NCBI GenBank assembly: GCA_051003155.1
Contig: JBPCLO010000051.1
Location: 126,633-190,632, forward strand
DNA from: Fimbriimonadales bacterium
GTDB lineage: Bacteria; Armatimonadota; Fimbriimonadia; Fimbriimonadales; ATM1
Direction of reading: 5' to 3'
DNA length: 64,000 bases
Shown in pieces: positions 51,237-60,909 of the stretch. A model generated the notes under the pieces. The model was given only the letters and a program-made list of their open reading frames with translations, did not search any database and was not told the origin of the DNA. How positions within the stretch are numbered: the stretch's first letter is position 1; each line of letters opens with the position of its first letter. The translations under genes and the position numbers were made by a program.

Positions 51237-53648
51237 ATGATTCGTACTAAAATGAATATCTTGGGGGCGATGATCGCTTTGGCTTCAGTGTCCCTCTTTG
51301 CGCCCGTACGTTCGCAGTTTTTTGACACCTGCTATGATCCGATGAATACCGATCCGCTGAGCCAGGATGCACTTGCTACTGATATCCTCGCTCTGTCTGG
51401 TGAGAACGGAATGTTCTCCGTATTGGTCGGTCTGAACGGGTCTTACGACTTCGGTCCGATGCCACTTTGCTCTCCTGATCTTGTCGGACAGCACGACATT
51501 GCCGGGGCCATCAGCTTCATCAGCATCCTGGGGAGTTTCCTTTCCGGCCAGGATGACGCTTCGGCTTTGACCGGCGCAGCTGGGTTGAATACGAACCAGA
51601 CGCCGCCAATACCGTTGCCTGCCATCGTGGCAAGTAATCAGATGGGGTTCGCGTCCGTTCGCGTGATCGACGCCGATGGTGCGGCCACGGATACCAAGTG
51701 GGGCGACGAAGGGTTCGATAGCTTTACCGCACCCAATTCCTCCAACAGGTACATGACGGTAATCGACACTGTGGACGGGGGTGCCGAGGTGACTTGCGTA
51801 TTCCGCGACTTCGGCTCTTCGATCCGCATGGAATGGACCCTCACGAACCGAGCGGCAGAACCACAGCAAATCGGCCTCAGCCTCGCGCAGTGGGTTCGGA
51901 TGAAGGGCGATTGGTTAACGATACCCGTGGTTTCGCTCCCGACCCAAAGGCCCGCTGAGATCCAGCAGATCTGGAATCGCGTCGATGAGCCCAATTTCCC
52001 GGCGTACGTCGATTTCCTTTACACTCAGGCGTCGCCGTACCCGGCGATTCGATTCCGCCTGTCCCCTGATGACCAGCATGAGGATCAAACTGCCGCTGAC
52101 AGCCTCGCGATTACGCTGCCGGAGTTCTTCCAGAATCCGTGGCAACTAGGCTTCTTGCCGGACGCCTTCCACAAAACGGCCATCGCTTACTACTACAACC
52201 CGGTGATGCTCAATCCTAACCAGTCGAGAAGGATCGTTATGTACGTTGAGCCGAGCTCGGTGTTCGCTCATCCTGAGCCGCCTTACTCTCTGGCCACGGA
52301 GGCGGAGCCGGTGGTCAAGTACGACGTGTTCGGCCAGAACCAGTTGAATCCAAACCCGTTCATCGTCTACGGCTTCATCAACAATCAGTACGGCGTTATC
52401 AACCAGCAGGTCACGATGCAAGACGTCGCAATGACGATCACGCTTCCCGAAGGCCTCACCCTTGCGCCCGGTGAGCAGGCGACGAAGTTCATCGCAGAGG
52501 CTTTGCCGAATGAATTCGGTGTCGTTACATGGATGGTCGAGGCCGATGGGCTGCACGCCGGTTTCGCCGAATATTCGATCGAAGCCAATCCTGGCTTCCC
52601 GAGCAGTGCACCCACGCGCACGATTACCGGGCGGACGATCGTCAGCTTGACGCCGCGCGTCGACCTGTTCAGCGGGCCGAACCTCATAACCCTTCCGTGG
52701 AACTTCAACGACCCGAGCTTCGCAGCCATCGGGCTTGGAGGCGGGACGGCTTATAATTGGGACGCAAACGCCCAGGCGTACGTCGTTGCAACGACTGCCG
52801 TGCGTGGCATGGGCCAATGGATCGTCTTCGGCGCGGATCCGCCGCCGATCACCCTGAGCGGCGCCAACATGGGAAGTTTAGAGTCAGAGTTTACGCAGAC
52901 CCTGGCTCGTGGTTGGAATCTAATCGGCAACCCGCATCCATATCCGGTGCAGCTCAACCAGCTGATAGGGTTCAACGCAGCGATTCCGGGCCAGGCTTTC
53001 ACTTGGGAGCAGATGGTCGACCAGAACTGGATAAGAAGCCCCCTCTATTGGTGGGATGCGCAGGCCGGGGACTACCTTTTCAATGCTAACATCAACCAAT
53101 TCATCCAGCCGGGCGTGGGATATTGGGTGTACATCAACTCGGTCGACCCGATCGACGTCGCTTGGCCCATTATATTCTTGGCCGGCTTGCCCGACGGAAA
53201 CCTCAACAGCAAGATTACGACGCCGGTGGTCGACGGCTGGACGATCCCGATCTCCGTTGTAGGCAACCGCCAGAAGGACCGCATGAATGCGTTTGGCATG
53301 GCCCGGACGAACGCGGACGAAAGTTCGGTGGCGGAAGCGCCGATGAAACCCGGAGGCAGCCTCCGGCTGTCGTTCCTTCGCGGAACCGGAAACTCGTCCA
53401 CCCAGTGGGCGTACGACGTCAAGGAGACTTCACAGTCCCAAACGTTCAAAGCGCAGGTTAGAACGATTGCACCCGGCTCGTACACCTTGAATTGGAGGGC
53501 GTCGAGATCCGTTCCGCAGAATGCGGTGATCATCATCCGAGACCTGACGACCGGGGCCGTGAAGAACATGAAGACGAACTCTTCGATGACCTTCACGATG
53601 GCCCAGGCCGGAACTCGTCGCTTCGACATAACGGTGGTGAACCGATAG
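51237..53648 (+). CDS. Large secreted beta-rich surface protein
   Basis: GAGGTG RBS, signal peptide; ITLPEGL.L Ig-like unit; GWNLIGNP.P and PG.GYWV motifs. Confidence 0.7.
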   Translation: MIRTKMNILGAMIALASVSLFAPVRSQFFDTCYDPMNTDPLSQDALATDILALSGENGMFSVLVGLNGSYDFGPMPLCSPDLVGQHDIAGAISFISILGSFLSGQDDASALTGAAGLNTNQTPPIPLPAIVASNQMGFASVRVIDADGAATDTKWGDEGFDSFTAPNSSNRYMTVIDTVDGGAEVTCVFRDFGSSIRMEWTLTNRAAEPQQIGLSLAQWVRMKGDWLTIPVVSLPTQRPAEIQQIWNRVDEPNFPAYVDFLYTQASPYPAIRFRLSPDDQHEDQTAADSLAITLPEFFQNPWQLGFLPDAFHKTAIAYYYNPVMLNPNQSRRIVMYVEPSSVFAHPEPPYSLATEAEPVVKYDVFGQNQLNPNPFIVYGFINNQYGVINQQVTMQDVAMTITLPEGLTLAPGEQATKFIAEALPNEFGVVTWMVEADGLHAGFAEYSIEANPGFPSSAPTRTITGRTIVSLTPRVDLFSGPNLITLPWNFNDPSFAAIGLGGGTAYNWDANAQAYVVATTAVRGMGQWIVFGADPPPITLSGANMGSLESEFTQTLARGWNLIGNPHPYPVQLNQLIGFNAAIPGQAFTWEQMVDQNWIRSPLYWWDAQAGDYLFNANINQFIQPGVGYWVYINSVDPIDVAWPIIFLAGLPDGNLNSKITTPVVDGWTIPISVVGNRQKDRMNAFGMARTNADESSVAEAPMKPGGSLRLSFLRGTGNSSTQWAYDVKETSQSQTFKAQVRTIAPGSYTLNWRASRSVPQNAVIIIRDLTTGAVKNMKTNSSMTFTMAQAGTRRFDITVVNR

Positions 53649-53661
53649 GCGTCAAGTTCAT

Positions 53662-54294
53662 ATGAACCCTCGCACTCTCGGAATGAAACCGCGCGTTGGC
53701 CAGGTCATTGTTGCCCTGGCCTTCGCGTTCATCGCTGTCGTTGCCAACTCACAGACCGGACGAAAGGCCCTCGTCGTTTTCCCGTTCGGTCTTGGTGAAG
53801 ACGTGATGGAGGCCAAGGAATACAAGCTGCAGGACGAGCTTACGAGGGCCACTCACGCTCTCGTCAGGCAGGACGAAAAATTCACGGCCACGCTGTTTGC
53901 CCGAACGCATCCTTCGGTTAAGCGCGCGTTGGCTGAGGGTTCACTCAAGAGCGCGCTGCTGCTCGAACCATTCACCGGAGAGGTGGGTGGACAACCCAAG
54001 TCCGTCATTCTCGGGAAGCTTGTTCGCGGCCAACTGGCCCTTGCGGGCTTGGTCGAGAGCTTCGAATACGACGCCACGAAGAAATCGGCGCGCCTCGTCG
54101 CCTCGATCGAACTGTACGACATCGTCGCCGCGAAACTGCTTGGAACGGTCGTTCTGACGACCGACGCGCCGGGTGAAACCGAAGCGGAGGCGGCCAAGGC
54201 CACGGCCGCAAAACTTGCAGGTGATGCAGTACCCCAGGCGGTGAAAATCTTAACCGCGCCTCCTAAGAAAGACGGCGGCGCACCGACCCCTTAG
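53662..54294 (+). CDS. Secreted hypothetical protein, CsgG/TolB-N-like alpha/beta fold suspected
   Basis: Signal peptide; LVVFPF...LGKLV.....LAG.V....LYD pattern. Confidence 0.55.
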   Translation: MNPRTLGMKPRVGQVIVALAFAFIAVVANSQTGRKALVVFPFGLGEDVMEAKEYKLQDELTRATHALVRQDEKFTATLFARTHPSVKRALAEGSLKSALLLEPFTGEVGGQPKSVILGKLVRGQLALAGLVESFEYDATKKSARLVASIELYDIVAAKLLGTVVLTTDAPGETEAEAAKATAAKLAGDAVPQAVKILTAPPKKDGGAPTP

Positions 54295-54300
54295 ATTGTT

Positions 54301-56235
54301 ATGCATTCAATCGTCCGCCTTCTGGCGGCTGTCGCGTTAACGAGTCTATTTGCATCAGCGTTGGGCTCGGGTTCCATCAAGCTTTACGCCAAGCCGAGCA
54401 TTTCCCTAGCGGATGGCCAGAGCACGGTGGTGGTATACGCGGAGGTCCGAACCTCTAACGGGAACTCTGCGCCGGACGGCACGACGGTTCGTTTCGTCAC
54501 CAACCTTGGTAACTTTCGCGATATCGACCCGGTGACGAAGGTCGGATTGGCTCGCGCCACATTGGTTGCGCCAAGCACGCCCGGCACTGCGAAGGTTACG
54601 GCGACCGCGCCGAGCATCGGCACGATTAATACGCTGGACATCGAGTTTGTCGGCAATCGCGAGGTGTTGAATGCGTCGCGGCAGTTCGTCGAGGTCTCTA
54701 GCCCTGGCAGCCTCTTTTACAGTCACGATCTTAAGCTGATTAGCGCGAGCGCTGCCGGCCGCTCCGCAGTCATGAGGTTTCGCGACATTGTCGTGGAAGC
54801 CAAAGACATGCAAGTCGACGTGACATTTCTCAAAGTGGTCGCGAACGACGCGATCATTACCGTGGGCGATCAAAAGCTTGAGTGCCAGTACCTGCGTTAT
54901 AGCCTCAGCCAGCGTCGCGGCGTGGCGATCGCCGTCGTGGATGGACGCAAGGGCGGCTACGACTTAGCGGGTGGGACGCCGACGTTGAGCGAGAAGGGCC
55001 TCATGCCCCGCGAGTTCGAATTTGCGGACGTGGGCAAGGGAATGACAAGCATCCATGCAAGCACGATCGTCGCCTTTCCATACCGGGAGCTCCAGTTCCA
55101 CGATGCGGAGCTTTATGTCGGTGACACGAGGCTGATGGGTCTGCCGCTCTACGCCCTCGATCCGAACTCACCCAGTGGATTGTTCAGCGACCACGTGCTT
55201 GGTTTCGCAAACGGTGGGCTCCAAGTCAACTACCCTTACTACTTGCGACTCTCCCCCAGCCAGACTAGCCTCCTGCGCTTGCGGAGCGGCCAAGACTATG
55301 CTCGCGGCTCGAATGCCAGCAGAGGCGTGTTCCTCGATTGGGAAAACACCTACATGGTGAGCGATAGAGGCGAGGGGTCTCTGACGCTCGCCGGGATCGG
55401 GCGCAAGGACATGGGCCTGAGCTGGCACCACAGTCAGCGCTTCGACGAAAGGACTAACCTCAACGCGAACGTCGATTTTCCGGGTTTCAAGGCTTTATTC
55501 GGAAGCGTCAACGCCTCGCGCTTCTTCGATGGATACACCGCATCGTTTTCAGCCACAAGCGCGCGCAGCTTCCGAGGCACGCGATACGAGAGCCAGCGCG
55601 TCGATCTTAACGTCGAGACCGACCTGAGAAAAATTGGTGACCTTCCTGTCACGCACTCGATCGGATTGACCGCCAGTTCATCCCACGCGACGTTGGGTCC
55701 GACCCAAACGGCGCAAGAGGGCGCGGGGATTCGCAGCCGTCTGTTGCTTGCGCCCCAAGAGCTTTGGAATGGAGCGAACTTGAATGGGCATCTGACCTTG
55801 ACCCAACTGTGGGGAAGGAAAGCCGGCGCTGGGCTCAACATCCTTGGAAAGGTCGGCATGTCGACGCGCCTCGGATCGAAAGCGACAGCGGCAGTGAGCT
55901 ATGACTATGCCCAGGATTCACTCAACACGGCGCTCACAGGTCGACATCGTTTGGGAACGGACCTGTTTGTAGACTTGAGCAAGTTTTCGCTCAACCTCTT
56001 CGCGTCGAAGAGCCTCGACATCGACAGCTATAGCATTTTTGCCGATGGTTCCTACTACGTAAGCCCTCAATGGAGGCTCGGGGCGTCACTGTCTACCGAC
56101 CGCTACCTAAAATCGATCATCAACGAGCACACGCTCATCCTCGGCTACCGCCTCGGCACCCGAGAGCTGGGGATCACCTACTCACTGACCACCAAGCGGT
56201 TCGGATTTGAAATACTGAATGTCCCTATTCGGTAG
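54301..56235 (+). CDS. Big_1 Ig-like domain + LptD-like putative outer-membrane beta-barrel
   Basis: ADG.ST...PDGT.V.F.T.LG Ig motif; FHDAELYVG...LPLY LptD-like motif; amphipathic beta-strand C-terminal half. Confidence 0.6.
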   Translation: MHSIVRLLAAVALTSLFASALGSGSIKLYAKPSISLADGQSTVVVYAEVRTSNGNSAPDGTTVRFVTNLGNFRDIDPVTKVGLARATLVAPSTPGTAKVTATAPSIGTINTLDIEFVGNREVLNASRQFVEVSSPGSLFYSHDLKLISASAAGRSAVMRFRDIVVEAKDMQVDVTFLKVVANDAIITVGDQKLECQYLRYSLSQRRGVAIAVVDGRKGGYDLAGGTPTLSEKGLMPREFEFADVGKGMTSIHASTIVAFPYRELQFHDAELYVGDTRLMGLPLYALDPNSPSGLFSDHVLGFANGGLQVNYPYYLRLSPSQTSLLRLRSGQDYARGSNASRGVFLDWENTYMVSDRGEGSLTLAGIGRKDMGLSWHHSQRFDERTNLNANVDFPGFKALFGSVNASRFFDGYTASFSATSARSFRGTRYESQRVDLNVETDLRKIGDLPVTHSIGLTASSSHATLGPTQTAQEGAGIRSRLLLAPQELWNGANLNGHLTLTQLWGRKAGAGLNILGKVGMSTRLGSKATAAVSYDYAQDSLNTALTGRHRLGTDLFVDLSKFSLNLFASKSLDIDSYSIFADGSYYVSPQWRLGASLSTDRYLKSIINEHTLILGYRLGTRELGITYSLTTKRFGFEILNVPIR

Positions 56236-57886
56236 CGCGGCCGCCATTGCCGGGCTCGTTGGCGGTTTCGGGCAGTTCGGCTTTGGACATGTCCATGAAC
56301 TCGCAACGTTCCACGTGGGCCCAGCCTTTTTCAGAGCCAAAGCGCCGGGCGGTTTTGATATATTGCTTGGTCCCGAACGGACCGGGTTCGTTGTAACTCA
56401 ACAGTCACGCTACGCGAAGACACTGGAGATGCGAGGAGCACCTCGGTCACCTTACCGAATTCACTTCGAGACGGCCAGCCTCGGCTTCTCCCTTCAATAC
56501 GGGCGGGGCGGGATCGAGATGGCAGCAAAGAGCGTTCCTGCGCCCTTTATCAGTTGGTCCGACGGAACAGTCGGTCCCGGGGTTCCATCGGCGGTGAGCA
56601 GCTGGGCGCTGCTGTCGTGGGCTGAAGCGAGGCCGCCGATTTTGCTGTGCTTTGCATCCGCTCCGGCAAGCGTGACGGCGATAGAAGAGTCAGACGGTTT
56701 TCGGCTCGTGTGCAAGGAGTATGCCGGGTCTGTCCGAGTGCGGCTGCCATTCGGGAGCGAGAGCCTCGCAACCATACGGGCCGCAGATTTCGGTGAGGCG
56801 ATCGCAAAGCTGAAGCCGCGAATGGCCGAGATGGCCAGACCTGCGCCGAGCGTCATCGGAGCTGCCGTCGTGGAGGATGCGCAGGGCCTAACTGCAGTTT
56901 GGAAGTTCGATTCGCCGGGGGCGCTCGTACCCATCCCCGCGAACTCGGGTGTGACTGCAGGTTCGCTCAAGATCATTAGCCAAACGGGCGCAGCGTTTGT
57001 CGGTGGAGACCGCAGTATGAAACGGTGCGCGGGCGACGAGTTGCGCATACGGTTCATGGCGTCCAAACTCTTTCCAGGCGCCGCTCTTGTTGTTAGCCAG
57101 GAACTTCCTGAGGGTGTCGGCCCTCATCTCGTCGACAAGGCGCTTGCTTTCCTTGCGGGGAACGTCGCCGACGTGCGCTTGGTCGACGATCTCCATAAAG
57201 CAGACCTCGCCGCCCTGTTTGCCACCGAGCCGATTTCTGGCATTGGATTGCCGTACGCGGCGACGGGGTTCGGCAGTACGGATTCAGCGTCTCGACTGTT
57301 GGCTTCCTTGTCCGTTGGAACCAGGCCGAAGTCGGTCGAAGGGTTGCTTGGCAGCATAGATTGGGTAACTTGGCTGCCTGCCGGGGTGGACGCTGCGGAG
57401 CGGACAGACGCAGCGGGGTTTATAGCGGTGGCGGGCGGGTTATTGCGAAGCTCGGAGGAAAGGGTCTTGGCGGCTATGGCTAACGCCGGGGCCGCCAACG
57501 GGCCGCTGTCCCGCGTTCGACGCTGGCTCTATCCCAATCAGCAGTTGCTCTCGGTTCAGGAACCCGGTTGGTGGTCCGCTCTTCACTCTCCGGTGCGCCT
57601 TCTTTCGCCGGGGATGTTCCTCAAAGCCGACGGCGATGGCTTCCTGGTGGAGAGCGATACTCAGGCCACGGAATCCGTGAAGATCGAAGTGCAAAGCGAT
57701 GCACCGCTCCAAATTCTAGGGTCATCAAACCTCGAGCAGGTATTCATCATCGGTGAGGAGCCCTTCACTGTTAGGGCGCGGCCCGTGGCGCCTGGCCCGT
57801 GGAGGCTTAGGCTTGGACGCCGCGTTCCTGGGCGGGCGATCCCCAGGGCGGCCCCAAGTCCGCGTTATAGTGGAGACCCACGTTGA
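56219..57886 (+). CDS. Hypothetical protein
   Basis: 555-aa ORF overlapping the upstream stop; no recognised motif. Confidence 0.6.
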   Translation: MSLFGSAAAIAGLVGGFGQFGFGHVHELATFHVGPAFFRAKAPGGFDILLGPERTGFVVTQQSRYAKTLEMRGAPRSPYRIHFETASLGFSLQYGRGGIEMAAKSVPAPFISWSDGTVGPGVPSAVSSWALLSWAEARPPILLCFASAPASVTAIEESDGFRLVCKEYAGSVRVRLPFGSESLATIRAADFGEAIAKLKPRMAEMARPAPSVIGAAVVEDAQGLTAVWKFDSPGALVPIPANSGVTAGSLKIISQTGAAFVGGDRSMKRCAGDELRIRFMASKLFPGAALVVSQELPEGVGPHLVDKALAFLAGNVADVRLVDDLHKADLAALFATEPISGIGLPYAATGFGSTDSASRLLASLSVGTRPKSVEGLLGSIDWVTWLPAGVDAAERTDAAGFIAVAGGLLRSSEERVLAAMANAGAANGPLSRVRRWLYPNQQLLSVQEPGWWSALHSPVRLLSPGMFLKADGDGFLVESDTQATESVKIEVQSDAPLQILGSSNLEQVFIIGEEPFTVRARPVAPGPWRLRLGRRVPGRAIPRAAPSPRYSGDPR

Positions 57887-59345
57887 TCTTTCGGTCAAGC
57901 GCACCTTCGACGATCTGGCGCGCGCATTCGATTAAATTCGCCGCCTCCGCGCCGCCCACATAGAACTCGCTGCCCTCTCCGACCTCGTCGATGATCCCTT
58001 CTATCGCGTCGTGGGCATGCTTCAGGCCACGAGTACGGCGGACGATCGCAACCCCTTCCCACATCGTTCGACGCAGACCTCGAAGCACCCCGTCTACGAT
58101 TCCGCGGCCAACTACCGGCACCGAGGGCGTCGCGGCTTCACCCGGGGCGGAGGCGGCCTGCGAAGAGGCGGCGTGGTCGGCTGCGGACCATCCAAACACG
58201 ACGGCTTCTAGGAGGCTGTTGCTCGCTAGACGGTTTGCTCCGTGCACGCCGGTGCAGGTGACCTCGCCTGCCGCATACAGCCCCTCGATAGAGGTTTGGC
58301 CATTCAGGTCCGTCTTCACGCCTCCGCATTGGTAGTGGGCAGCAGGAACGACCGGAATCGGGTCGCGTGCGACGTCGATTCCCAATCCGGCCAGCGTCTC
58401 GGAAATGAAAGGGAATTCGGCTTTGATCTTCTTGGCAGGAATGTGCGTCATGTCGAGGTGAACATACGGCACACCTTCCTTGAGAGTTTCAGCGTGGATC
58501 GCTCTCGCGACGATGTCGCGCGGAGCGAGCTCGGCCCTCGGGTCGTAGTCGAGCATGAAGCGCCGGCCGTGTACGGTTCGCAAGATAGCCCCCTCGCCCC
58601 GCGCGGCTTCCGAAATCAGAAAACCACGTCGGCTCCGATGGTAAAGCGTGGTGGGATGAAATTGGATGAACTCCATATTTTCGATCTTCGCCCCCACGGC
58701 TGCGGCGAGGCCGATACCGTCGCCCGTCGCGATAGGCGGGTTGGTGGTGAACCTGTAGACTTGGCAACAGCTGCCGGTAGCCAAACAGGTCGAGCGGCTG
58801 ACGATCCGCATCGGGTCCCAATCCTTCTTGCGGACGACTGCGCCGGTGCACCTGCCATCTGCCATTTCGAGGGCCTCGCAAAATGCGTAGTCGAGGACCC
58901 GAATTCGCTTTTCGTTCATCGTGGCCGACGTTAGCGCCCGCTCGATCTCCCAGCCCGTTTGGTCTGCCCTGCGGACGATGCGGTTGCGGCTATGCCCGCC
59001 CTCGCGACCCAGGCTTAGGCCGCCTTCGTCGAGATCGAATTGGGCACCGATGTCGATGAGCCACTCCAGCCGGTCCTCCGCATGGCGGACGAGGAATTGC
59101 ACTGCCGTCGGATCGCATAGCCCGGCTCCGGCGATAAGAGTGTCCTCTACATGGAGTAGTAACGAGTCGTCTTCGCCCACAGCCGCGGCCATGCCACCTT
59201 GGGCGTAGCTGGTGTTGCTATCAGAAAGCTCGGATTTCGTGACTATGATGACGCGGCCGTGCGGCGCACATCTGAGGGCGAACGTCAACCCCGCGATGCC
59301 GCTGCCGATCACCAAGAAATCGCATTCGAGCGTTTCCATACTCAA
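57807..59345 (-). CDS. nadB: L-aspartate oxidase
   Basis: GSGIAGL, AQGG, REGGHS..RI, QFHPT, PAAHY.CGG, HGANRLASNSLLE. Confidence 0.95.
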   Translation of the reverse strand: MSMETLECDFLVIGSGIAGLTFALRCAPHGRVIIVTKSELSDSNTSYAQGGMAAAVGEDDSLLLHVEDTLIAGAGLCDPTAVQFLVRHAEDRLEWLIDIGAQFDLDEGGLSLGREGGHSRNRIVRRADQTGWEIERALTSATMNEKRIRVLDYAFCEALEMADGRCTGAVVRKKDWDPMRIVSRSTCLATGSCCQVYRFTTNPPIATGDGIGLAAAVGAKIENMEFIQFHPTTLYHRSRRGFLISEAARGEGAILRTVHGRRFMLDYDPRAELAPRDIVARAIHAETLKEGVPYVHLDMTHIPAKKIKAEFPFISETLAGLGIDVARDPIPVVPAAHYQCGGVKTDLNGQTSIEGLYAAGEVTCTGVHGANRLASNSLLEAVVFGWSAADHAASSQAASAPGEAATPSVPVVGRGIVDGVLRGLRRTMWEGVAIVRRTRGLKHAHDAIEGIIDEVGEGSEFYVGGAEAANLIECARQIVEGALDRKINVGLHYNADLGPPWGSPAQERGVQA

Positions 59346-59968
59346 TCTTCACTATAGTGCGCCAGCACAGCGAACTCCTGCGTGAAGGAAACGTCGCGCA
59401 CCATGCAGTTCTGAGGAACCTTGATATGCGCAGGCGAGAAGTTGAGGATGCGGCGCACGCCTCCTTCGATTACCAGATCTGCAGCCTGCTGAGCGGCCGG
59501 GCCCGGGACCGTCAGGACGGCGATCTTCGCATTGAGCGCAGGCAGCAGGGCGTGCATGCCGGCTGCATCGCGCACAACCAGCCCACTCACGGGTGTGCCG
59601 ACGACGTTGGGGTCGTTATCGAAGATGCCCGCGACCTCGAATCCGTACTCGGCGAGGCCGGGGTAGGCCACCAAAGCCTGGCCAAGCCGCCCCGCCCCGA
59701 TGATAACGACGCGCTGGGTTCGGTCCAGCTTGAGAACTCTCCCTATGTGCTTGCGCAGTCGCACAACTTCGTAGCCGACACCCGGCTTGCCGACCTCGCC
59801 GAAATGGCTCAGGTCCTTGCGAACTTGAGACGCCGAAATGCCGCAGCGATCCTCGATCATGGAGCTGTTTATGAACACGATGCCGTGCTTCTGGACATCT
59901 CCGAGCACGCTAAAGTAAGTGGCGAGGCGCGCAAGGGTTGGGACCGGGGCTTTGGAATTGCCTTGCAT
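59342..59968 (-). CDS. rex: Redox-sensing repressor Rex
   Basis: RL..Y, QVRKDLS.FG..G..G.GY, GAG.LG.AL, ILNFSP. Confidence 0.95.
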   Translation of the reverse strand: MQGNSKAPVPTLARLATYFSVLGDVQKHGIVFINSSMIEDRCGISASQVRKDLSHFGEVGKPGVGYEVVRLRKHIGRVLKLDRTQRVVIIGAGRLGQALVAYPGLAEYGFEVAGIFDNDPNVVGTPVSGLVVRDAAGMHALLPALNAKIAVLTVPGPAAQQAADLVIEGGVRRILNFSPAHIKVPQNCMVRDVSFTQEFAVLAHYSED

Positions 59969-59970
59969 CC

Positions 59971-60007
59971 GGAGTCGGATTCTACCTGCCGGGTAGAATC
60001 CGATTCC
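59971..60007. promoter_or_regulatory. Inverted repeat holding back-to-back TAGAAT -10 boxes (rex and tRNA-Val)
   Basis: GGAGTCGGATTCTACC-TGCCG-GGTAGAATCCGATTCC, 15 of 16 bp complementary. Confidence 0.7.
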
Positions 60008-60009
60008 CC

Positions 60010-60085
60010 GGGCGGTTAGCTCAGCTGGCAGAGCACTACAATGACACTGTAGGGGTCACTGGTTCAAGTCCAGTACCGCCCACCA
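60010..60085 (+). tRNA. tRNA-Val(GAC)
   Basis: GGGCGGTTAGCTCAGCTGGCAGAGCA-CTACA ATGACAC TGTAG-GGTTCAAGTCC-ACCGCCC ACCA. Confidence 0.95.
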
Positions 60086-60110
60086 CCTTCAAATGAACCT
60101 GACTGTAGTA

Positions 60111-60137
60111 GATTCGGTTCCTAAGATTGGTTCCTAA
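60111..60137 (+). repeat. Tandem repeat GATT(C)GGTTCCTAA x2 near the left att site
   Basis: GGTTCCTAA at 60116-60124 and 60129-60137. Confidence 0.65.
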
Positions 60138-60198
60138 ACCAAACGGCTTCCCGTGCTAGTAAACAAGTCGGGCTCGGATCTCAAAACCCAGCGGTGAG

Positions 60199-60230
60199 GA
60201 GACTCTCAACCACGGTTCACGCTTCATAGT
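60199..60230 (+). promoter_or_regulatory. MerR-type promoter/operator
   Basis: GAGACT-20 nt-CATAGT with an AACC-AC-GGTT dyad in the long spacer; ATG 6 nt after the -10. Confidence 0.5.
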
Positions 60231-60236
60231 AGTTCC

Positions 60237-60644
60237 ATGAAGATCGGAGAACTCGTGAAAGAGGCCGGAATCAGCGTCAGCACCGTGCGCTTCTACGAAG
60301 CTCAGGGCCTGATGCCCAAGCCCCAAACGCGGGAAAGCGGCTACCGAGAGTACGAACAAGCCGACCTCGAACGCCTCCGTCTGATCGTCGCCGCCAAGAG
60401 ACAGCGCTTCCCGCTCAAGCTCATTCGCACTGCGCTCGATGCACTCGACCAAGAGCCCGTGCCGTGCCAAGAAATCGCGAGCCTCGTCAGGGAGCGCATC
60501 AAGACCATCGGTCGTGAGATCCGCGACCTCCAGCGCCTGCAAGCCCACCCAGAGGGACAACTCATGGCGTGGGAACGGGGCACCCTACCGAAAGCCGAAT
60601 GCCTCTGCGCGATCTTGCAAACGGACGCGCTACAACCAAGATAG
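60237..60644 (+). CDS. MerR-family regulator, metal-sensing type
   Basis: MKIGEL...TVRFYE..GL....R.SGYR.Y; Cys at PVPC and C-terminal CLC. Confidence 0.9.
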   Translation: MKIGELVKEAGISVSTVRFYEAQGLMPKPQTRESGYREYEQADLERLRLIVAAKRQRFPLKLIRTALDALDQEPVPCQEIASLVRERIKTIGREIRDLQRLQAHPEGQLMAWERGTLPKAECLCAILQTDALQPR

Positions 60645-60654
60645 GAGAAAAGAA

Positions 60655-60909
60655 ATGGCAAAGATTGAAGTATTCATCGCCGGATGTCCCCTCTGCGACG
60701 AGGCCGTCCGAACCGTCAAAGAAACCGCGTGCCCGAATTGTGAGATCACGGTCTACGACCTTCGCGAGGGTTGCGAAATTATGGAGTGCCGTGAAAAGGC
60801 GAGGGCCTACGGCGTGACCCGCGTTGTGGTTGGCAAACTCTACTCGTGCTGCGAAGGGAGCAAGGTCAAGGCCACCGATCTTTGGGCCGCGGGAGTTGGA
60901 CTAGGCTAA
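60655..60909 (+). CDS. Small Cys-rich thioredoxin-fold protein
   Basis: IEVF.AGCPLC, CPNC, SCC; AGGAG RBS. Confidence 0.75.
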   Translation: MAKIEVFIAGCPLCDEAVRTVKETACPNCEITVYDLREGCEIMECREKARAYGVTRVVVGKLYSCCEGSKVKATDLWAAGVGLG

